Source of the DNA: Rhodospirillales bacterium
Lineage (GTDB): Bacteria > Pseudomonadota > Alphaproteobacteria > Rhodospirillales > UBA2165
DNA length: 64,000 nt
NCBI GenBank assembly: GCA_022822205.1
Contig: JAJECC010000047.1
Coordinates: 6,628 to 70,627, forward strand
Direction: 5' to 3'
The first letter of the stretch is position 1; the number at the start of each line of letters is the position of its first letter. The notes below the pieces were generated by a model. That model was not told the DNA's origin. It ran no database searches and was given only the letters and a program-made list of their open reading frames with translations. Below, one piece after another: positions 57,441-64,000 of this stretch. Both the position numbers and the translations under genes were made by a program.

Positions 57441-58564
57441 AGCGGCTCCACGTCGCCGAGCGCGCGGGCATTGGCGAAATCGTCGGCGAAGGCTTGCAGC
57501 GTGCCGGCCTCGATGGCGTCCCGAAGCCCGGTCATCAGGTCTTGGTAATATTGGAGGTTGTGCCGGGTCATCAGCATGGCGCCGAGAATCTCGTCCGATT
57601 TGACCAGATGATGCAGGTACGCCCGGGAATGGTCCGTGCATGCCGGGCATCGGCACGTTTCGTCCAGCGGGCGCGGGTCCCTGGCATGGCGGGCATTGCG
57701 GATATTGACCTCGCCCCGGCGGGTGAACGCCTGACCGGTACGCCCCGAACGGGTGGGCAGCACGCAGTCGAACATGTCGATGCCGCGGAGAACCGCGCCG
57801 ACGATATCGTCGGGCTTGCCGACCCCCATCAGGTAGCGGGGCCGGTCCCCGGGTAACGCCGGTACGGTGACATCGAGGGTCGCGAACATGGCCTCCTGCC
57901 CCTCCCCGACGGCAAGACCGCCGACCGCATATCCATCGAACCCGATATTCACCAACCCGTCGGCGGACCTGAGCCGCAGGTCCGGGTTGATCCCGCCCTG
58001 GACGATGCCGAACAGCCCGTAACCGTCCCGCTCGACGAACGCCTCCTTGCAGCGGGCCGCCCAACGTTCCGACAGGCCGACCGAGGCCAGAAGGTCCTCA
58101 TCCGACGCCGGCAGGGCAACGCACTCGTCGAGCACCATGGTGATATCGGAATCAAGCCGATGCTGGATTTCGACCGAACGCTCCGGGCTCAGCTTGTAGC
58201 GGCCGCCATCGATGTGGGATTGGAACTCGACGCCGTCTTCGGACATCTTGCGGAGTTTGGCGAGCGACATCACTTGAAAGCCGCCGGAATCGGTCAGGAT
58301 CGGTCCCGGCCAGTTCATGAACTCATGCAAGCCGCCCAAATCATCGATGAGTTCGGCGCCGGGACGCAGCATCAGGTGATACGTGTTGCCGAGAATAATC
58401 TGGGCGCCGGTCGCCGCCACCGCCTCGGGCGTCATCGCCTTGACCGTCGCCGCCGTGCCCACCGGCATGAAGGCCGGCGTCTCGACACTGCCATGCGCGG
58501 TGGTCAATCGTCCCCGGCGCGCTTCGCCGTCGACCGCCAACCGTTCGAACCCGATACCGGTCAT
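57437..58564 (-). CDS. tgt: tRNA-guanine transglycosylase
   Basis: [38 protein letters not shown], CxCxxC zinc site. Confidence 0.96.
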
Positions 58565-59592
58565 GAATGCGGCTCCAGCAGACAGCAGTCGCCGTATGAA
58601 TAGAACCGGTAACCCGACGCGACGGCGTGGGCGTACGCGCCTTTCATCCGCTCCATTCCGGCGAAGGCGGACACCAACATGAACAGGGTGGACCTGGGCA
58701 GATGAAAGTTGGTCAGCATCAGATCGACGGCCTTGAATTCGTATCCGGGGGTTATGAACAAATCCGTCTCGCCGTCAAAGCGATGAATCCGCCCATGCCC
58801 GTCCGACGCGCTCTCCAAAAGCCGCACCACCGTCGTGCCCACCCCGATGATGCGGCCGCCGGCGGCACGCGCCTCGTTGATCCGCCGGGCCGCGCCCGAT
58901 GACACCTCGCCCCACTCCCCGTGCATGACGTGGCCGTCCGTGTCGTCCGCCTTCACCGGCAGGAACGTACCGGCGCCCACGTGGAGCGTCAGGGTCGAAT
59001 GATCGATGCCCGCATCGGCCAATCGCTCCATCAGCGCAGGAGTGAAGTGCAGCCCGGCGGTCGGGGCGGCCACCGCGCCCTCACGCGCCGCGAACATGGT
59101 TTGATAATCCTCCCTGTCTTCGTCGTCCCCGGTCTTTTCCCGCTTGATGTATGGCGGCAACGGCATCCGGCCATGCGCCTCGAGGGCGGCAAACAGGCCG
59201 TTCCGGGTGGTTTGGAAATCCAGCACCACCTCGCCGGCATCCCGCTTCGCGGTTACCGCCGCGCGCAGACCGGGGGCGAACGCAATGGCATCACCCTCCT
59301 TCAGACGCTTTGCCGGCCGGGCGAAAGCCGCCCAAATCCCTTCCCCCTCCTCTTTGTGAAGGGTGACTTCGATGGACGCGTCGCCGCGCGATCCCCGCAG
59401 GCGGGCGGGAATAACCTTGGTGTCGTTGAAAACCATCAGGTCCCCCCGACGAAGCAGGCCGGGCAGGTCGCTCACCCGGTGATCGGCCAAGCCGCCGGAC
59501 ACATGCAGCAGCCGCGCGGCGTCACGCGGTTCCACGGGACGCTGTGCGATTGCCGAGGCGGGCAGCTCAAAATCGAATTCGTCGAGACGCAT
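58561..59592 (-). CDS. queA: S-adenosylmethionine:tRNA ribosyltransferase-isomerase
   Basis: [54 protein letters not shown]. Confidence 0.96.
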   Translation of the reverse strand: MRLDEFDFELPASAIAQRPVEPRDAARLLHVSGGLADHRVSDLPGLLRRGDLMVFNDTKVIPARLRGSRGDASIEVTLHKEEGEGIWAAFARPAKRLKEGDAIAFAPGLRAAVTAKRDAGEVVLDFQTTRNGLFAALEAHGRMPLPPYIKREKTGDDEDREDYQTMFAAREGAVAAPTAGLHFTPALMERLADAGIDHSTLTLHVGAGTFLPVKADDTDGHVMHGEWGEVSSGAARRINEARAAGGRIIGVGTTVVRLLESASDGHGRIHRFDGETDLFITPGYEFKAVDLMLTNFHLPRSTLFMLVSAFAGMERMKGAYAHAVASGYRFYSYGDCCLLEPHS

Positions 59593-59718
59593 GGTTCGGG
59601 CCGTTGATGTGGCGGCGCGGACCCTATCCCAAACCGGCCCGGGCGAGAACCGCTTTGACGATCAATCCAGGCTGGGCACGGCCAAGGATGCGAACTATTT
59701 TGGGGTCATGGAGACCGC

Positions 59719-60159
59719 ATGATCGACAAAATCTACAACAAGGACGTGCTCCGGCTGGCGGGAAATATCGGGCGCATCGGCCGGTTGGAAGACCCCGATG
59801 TCAGCGTCACCCGGACCGCACCGCTGTGCGGCAGCGGCATCGTTGCCGACCTCGGGATCGAAGATGGCGTGGTCACCGACTATGCGCAGGAAATCAAGGC
59901 CTGTGCCTTGGGTCAGGCGGCCGCGTCGGTGATTGCCGAGCACGTCATCGGGTCCGATCTGACGGAACTCGGTGCTTTGCGGGACCGAATGGCCGCCATG
60001 CTGGCCGGCGACGGACCGCCCCCCGAGGGCAAATGGGCGGCGCTTGCCGCCCTGGCGCCGGCCAAATCCGCCACCTCGCGCCATGGCGCCATCATGCTGG
60101 CGGTCGACGCGGCTATCGAAGCGCTCGAACAGACAACCGTGACGACGGGCGCCGCCTGA
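59719..60159 (+). CDS. NifU/IscU N-terminal-like scaffold protein
   Basis: PLCGS and KACALGQAAAS motifs. Confidence 0.8.
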   Translation: MIDKIYNKDVLRLAGNIGRIGRLEDPDVSVTRTAPLCGSGIVADLGIEDGVVTDYAQEIKACALGQAAASVIAEHVIGSDLTELGALRDRMAAMLAGDGPPPEGKWAALAALAPAKSATSRHGAIMLAVDAAIEALEQTTVTTGAA

Positions 60160-60160
60160 G

Positions 60161-61885
60161 ATGCAGCACTCGCCGGTCCTGGCAGACGTCCTGATCTTCC
60201 TGGTCGCCGCCGTCGTCATCGTCCCCCTCCTCAAACGTCTGAAATCGAGCCCGGTGATCGGCTACCTGGCGGCGGGCATTCTCATCGGCCCCCACGGATT
60301 CGGCTTCATCGGCGATGCCGAGGGCGCCCAGGCGCTGGCCGAGTTCGGCGTGGTATTTCTGCTGTTCACCGTCGGCCTTGAATTGTCCTTCGGACGGCTC
60401 AAGCAGCTCCGGAATTATGTGTTCGGTCTGGGCACGGCCCAGGTCGCGCTCACCGGCGCCATCATCTTCGGGACCGCGCTGGCGTTCGGGATTTCCGTCA
60501 ACGCGGCAATCGTCATCGGGGCGGGCCTCGCCTTGTCGTCGACCGCGTTCGTCCTGCAACTGCTGACCGAGCGCGGCGAGCGGGCCACACCCTACGGCAC
60601 CATGTCTTTCGCCGTTTTGCTGTTCCAGGATTTGATCATCGTGCCGTTGCTGATCCTGGTGCCGTTGCTGAACGAGCAGGGCTCCTCCCTGCTGACGGCG
60701 ATCGGCGAGGCGGGCCTGAAGGCCGTTCTCGCACTGGTCGTCGCCGTCGTCGCCGGCCGGCTGGTGCTGCGGCCGGTCTACCGGCTGATCGCCGCGTCCG
60801 GCAGTACCGAGCTGTTCGTCGCCGCCACCCTGCTGGTCGTACTGGGTACGGGCTGGGTCTTCTCCGTGGTCGGCCTCTCCATGGCATTGGGCGCCTTCCT
60901 CGCCGGACTGTTGCTCGCCGAGACCGAGTACCGGCATCAGGTCGAGGCCGATATCCGGCCGTTCCGCGGGCTGTTTCTCGGCCTGTTCTTCATGTCGGTA
61001 GGCATGGTGGTCGATTTCCGGGTGGTCATCGCGGAGTGGCTGCCGATCCTCGGCATCGTCGCCGGCCTGCTGATCGGGAAGCCGATCGTCATCGGCCTTC
61101 TGTGCCGGGCCTTCGGCCTGTCGACCACCGTTTCGGGGCGGGTGGGCTTGATCCTTGGCCAGGGCGGGGAGTTCGGCTTCGTCATCTTCGGCGCGGCCAT
61201 GGCAGCCGGCATCCTCTCCCCCGAGATGGGCGCCATACTGTTCGCCGCGGTGACCATCACCATGGCGCTGACGCCCCTGATGGCCTATTTCGGCGACAGG
61301 TATGCCGAATGGCTGACCCCCGGCGTGGTCCCGCCCGCCTCGGACGTCAGCAAGGCCGGCGGCGAGCTGGAAGACCATATCATCATCATCGGGTTCGGGC
61401 GGGTCGGTCAGACCGTCGCCATGGTGCTCAATGCCACGAACACCCCCCACATTGCCCTCGACCGGGATTACCGGCTGGTCGCCCAGTGTCAGCATCACGG
61501 AACCGAGGTCTATTACGGCGCCGCCACCGAAATCTCGGTAATCACCGCGGCGGGTGCGGCCCGGGCCCGGGCGGTGGTCATCACGATCAACGAGCGGGAG
61601 GATGTCAGCCGGGCAGTGCGGGAACTGCGATCCGCATATCCGGACCTGGCGATTTACGTCCGCGCCCGGGACCTGACCCACGTCCGCCAGCTTGAGGATT
61701 TGGGCGCAACCGCCGTGGTTCCGGAAACCCTCGAGGCCAGCCTTCAGCTCGGCGGCATCATTATCCGCGCCATCGGCATCAGCGCCGAGGATAGCGCCGA
61801 CACGCTCGATGCGTTCCGCGAGGATGATTACGCCATGCTCCACGAAATCATCGCCTCCCGGAGCGGCACCCGGCAAAGCGGCTAG
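60161..61885 (+). CDS. CPA2 monovalent cation:proton antiporter with TrkA_N domain (KefB/C-like)
   Basis: AEFGVVFLLF, LSSTA, LLFQDL, LGQGGEF, IIGFGRVGQ. Confidence 0.9.
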   Translation: MQHSPVLADVLIFLVAAVVIVPLLKRLKSSPVIGYLAAGILIGPHGFGFIGDAEGAQALAEFGVVFLLFTVGLELSFGRLKQLRNYVFGLGTAQVALTGAIIFGTALAFGISVNAAIVIGAGLALSSTAFVLQLLTERGERATPYGTMSFAVLLFQDLIIVPLLILVPLLNEQGSSLLTAIGEAGLKAVLALVVAVVAGRLVLRPVYRLIAASGSTELFVAATLLVVLGTGWVFSVVGLSMALGAFLAGLLLAETEYRHQVEADIRPFRGLFLGLFFMSVGMVVDFRVVIAEWLPILGIVAGLLIGKPIVIGLLCRAFGLSTTVSGRVGLILGQGGEFGFVIFGAAMAAGILSPEMGAILFAAVTITMALTPLMAYFGDRYAEWLTPGVVPPASDVSKAGGELEDHIIIIGFGRVGQTVAMVLNATNTPHIALDRDYRLVAQCQHHGTEVYYGAATEISVITAAGAARARAVVITINEREDVSRAVRELRSAYPDLAIYVRARDLTHVRQLEDLGATAVVPETLEASLQLGGIIIRAIGISAEDSADTLDAFREDDYAMLHEIIASRSGTRQSG

Positions 61886-61941
61886 TTGCAGATGCCGCAA
61901 ATCATGTGACTCTTCCGGGGCGGCTGGCTAATCTCCGCCGC

Positions 61942-64000
61942 ATGGCTTCGACATCGATCCCCGGAATGCTGAAACCCCTGTCAGCCTTGTTCCTCGCGGC
62001 GGCTGTCCTCGCGGGCGCCGCTGCCGCGTCGGCGCAGCAGGCGCCTGCCGCACCGGCCGTCGGCCAAGCGGAGCTCGAGTCCCTGCTCAAGTCCGTCGAG
62101 AACGACGCCGAGCGGCAAAAACTGATCGATCAACTGAAGGCGCTGATCGCCGCCCGGCAGCCGGCGGGCGACGGGCCAAAACCGGCCGCGTCCGTCGGCA
62201 CCAGGGTCATTGGCACGCTCGCCCAGCGCGTGAAGGATGCCAGCGAGGCGTTTCTCGATGCGGGCACCGCCCTGGACGACGCGCCCAAACTGCTGGACTG
62301 GCTATCGGATCAGGTAACGGATACCGAAGCCCGCGAGCGTTGGCTGCGGATCATATTGAAGCTGATTGTGGTGGCGTTTGCCGCGGTCGCGGCCGGAATC
62401 GCCGCCGGGCGGGTATTGCGCCGGCCGCGGGACGCCATCGAACAGCAATCCAGCGAGTCCGTGCTCGTGCGCCTGCTGTTCCTCGCGATCCGCACGCTGC
62501 TCGACTTGATCCCGGTCGCGGCGGCGGCGGTTGCGGGTTACGCCATCCTCCCGATCACCGAGCCGGCCGATCTCACGCGCCTGGTGGTCGTCACCGTCAT
62601 CAATGCCTACGTCCTCGCCGGCGCCGTTATGGTCTTCGCGCGCATGATCCTCGCGCCCCGGGTACAGGGGCTGCGGTTCATTCCCGCCTCCGGCGAGACC
62701 TCCAACTACCTCTATATCTGGGTACGGCGATTTACGTTCATCTGGGTTTACGGCTCCTTCGGGATCGCCGCCGCGGGGTTCTTGGGTCTGCCCCGGGGCG
62801 GACAGGAATTCGCCATTACCTTCCTCGGCCTGCTGATCGCCGCCATGGCCATTATCTTCGTCCTCCAGAACCGCCGGCCGTTCGGGGAGTTCCTCCACGC
62901 GGGCGACGAGCGTCCCGAGCGCGGCCACCCCTTGACCGCGCTCCGCAACCGGATCGCCGATATCTGGCACGCGCTCGCGATCATTTATGTCGCCGCGGTC
63001 TATGGCATCTGGGCGCTCCGGATCGAGGACGGTTTCGAGAACTTCCTCGGCTCATCCGTGATCACGGTGGTTGCCATCGTGGCCGCAATTCTGGTCGGTC
63101 ACGGTATTCACCGGGCGATCCAACGGGGTTTCTCCATCAAGGACGAGATGAAAGCCCGTTATCCGGGCCTGGAACAGCGCGCCAACCGCTACCTGCCGGT
63201 CATGGAGCGGGTGCTGCGCGTCTTCGTCCTGATCATCGCGCTGACCGTGATCCTCCAGGCCTGGGGCCTCGATGTGGCCGCCTGGCTGCAAAGCCCGGCC
63301 GGGTTGCGGGTCGTATCGGCGGCCGCCAGCATCGCCATTGTCCTGATTGTCGCATTGGTGGTTTGGGAAGCCGCCAGCGCCGCCATAGAACGCTACCTCG
63401 ACCAGGCGGACGAAGGCGCGGAAGCGCTCGCCCGGCGCGACCGGGCGCGAACCCTGCTGCCGCTCCTGCGCAACGTCCTGTTTTTCTTCATCGCCGTTCT
63501 GGTGGTGCTGGTGGTGCTGGCCGAACTCGGGGTCAACATCGGGCCGCTGCTGGCCGGTGCCGGCATCGCGGGCCTGGCGATCGGGTTCGGCTCCCAAAAA
63601 CTCGTTCAGGACGTGATCACCGGCGCCTTCATGCTGTTCGAGGACGCGGTCGCGGTCGGCGACGTCGCTCGGGTCGCCGGAACGGCGGGAAAGGTCGAGG
63701 ACATGTCCATCCGGTCGATCCGGCTGCGGGACCTGTCGGGCAACGTCCACACCATTCCGTTCAGCGCCATCGACACGGTCACCAACATGACCAAGGAGTG
63801 GTCCTACTACGTCTTCGAGGTGGGCATCGCCTATCGCGAGGATGTCGACGAGGTGATCGGCGTACTGGAACAATTGGGAGAGGAAATCCGGGCCGACGAA
63901 GACTTCGGTCCTAAAATTCTCGAACCCCTGGAAGTCCTGGGTCTGGATTCCTTCGGCGACTCGGCCATCGTCATCAAGGCCCGGTTCAAGACCATGCCGA
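61942..64000 (+). CDS. Large MscS-family mechanosensitive channel protein (YbiO-like), truncated by window end
   Basis: Open frame from ATG 61942/61966 to 64000; signal peptide, LLAGAGIAGLAIGFGSQKLVQDVITG, VGD, GKVEDMSIR, SAIVIKARFKT; absent from ORF track because there is no stop. Confidence 0.85.
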   Translation, partial: MASTSIPGMLKPLSALFLAAAVLAGAAAASAQQAPAAPAVGQAELESLLKSVENDAERQKLIDQLKALIAARQPAGDGPKPAASVGTRVIGTLAQRVKDASEAFLDAGTALDDAPKLLDWLSDQVTDTEARERWLRIILKLIVVAFAAVAAGIAAGRVLRRPRDAIEQQSSESVLVRLLFLAIRTLLDLIPVAAAAVAGYAILPITEPADLTRLVVVTVINAYVLAGAVMVFARMILAPRVQGLRFIPASGETSNYLYIWVRRFTFIWVYGSFGIAAAGFLGLPRGGQEFAITFLGLLIAAMAIIFVLQNRRPFGEFLHAGDERPERGHPLTALRNRIADIWHALAIIYVAAVYGIWALRIEDGFENFLGSSVITVVAIVAAILVGHGIHRAIQRGFSIKDEMKARYPGLEQRANRYLPVMERVLRVFVLIIALTVILQAWGLDVAAWLQSPAGLRVVSAAASIAIVLIVALVVWEAASAAIERYLDQADEGAEALARRDRARTLLPLLRNVLFFFIAVLVVLVVLAELGVNIGPLLAGAGIAGLAIGFGSQKLVQDVITGAFMLFEDAVAVGDVARVAGTAGKVEDMSIRSIRLRDLSGNVHTIPFSAIDTVTNMTKEWSYYVFEVGIAYREDVDEVIGVLEQLGEEIRADEDFGPKILEPLEVLGLDSFGDSAIVIKARFKTMP

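Overview
High-GC alphaproteobacterial chromosome segment, probably Rhodospirillales-like (inferred from ybjN-proC, rpoH2, marR-ompR-envZ/ilvE, DUF1491 and uvrC-pgsA-mobB-moeA-moaD-moaE gene order). About 65 CDS; I saw no tRNA, rRNA, CRISPR array or transposase. 1.3-14.6 kb is an aromatic-acid/CoA cluster (flavin monooxygenase, benzoate-CoA-type ligase, CoA transferase A/B, DUF4863, thioesterase, 4-hydroxybenzoyl-CoA reductase hcrCAB, Rid-family protein, glutaryl-CoA dehydrogenase) interrupted by an AT-richer AbiE-type (type IV) toxin-antitoxin pair. 14.8-29.5 kb holds transporters and redox/oxygenase genes; 29.5-64 kb is mostly housekeeping. Three signals are hidden from the ORF track. (1) Two genes that look split are single in-frame UGA read-through selenoprotein genes: an AhpD-like protein (CMYU at TGA 990-992) and a peroxiredoxin-like protein (WUPYC at TGA 22264-22266), each followed by a SECIS-like hairpin. 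(2) The 420-bp folB-uvrC spacer holds a perfect 16-bp parS-type palindrome, several DnaA-box matches and an AT-rich stretch, making it a candidate replication origin outside the usual hemE/dnaA context. (3) Several clean operator-like inverted repeats. Protein family calls come from motif recognition, not database searches.
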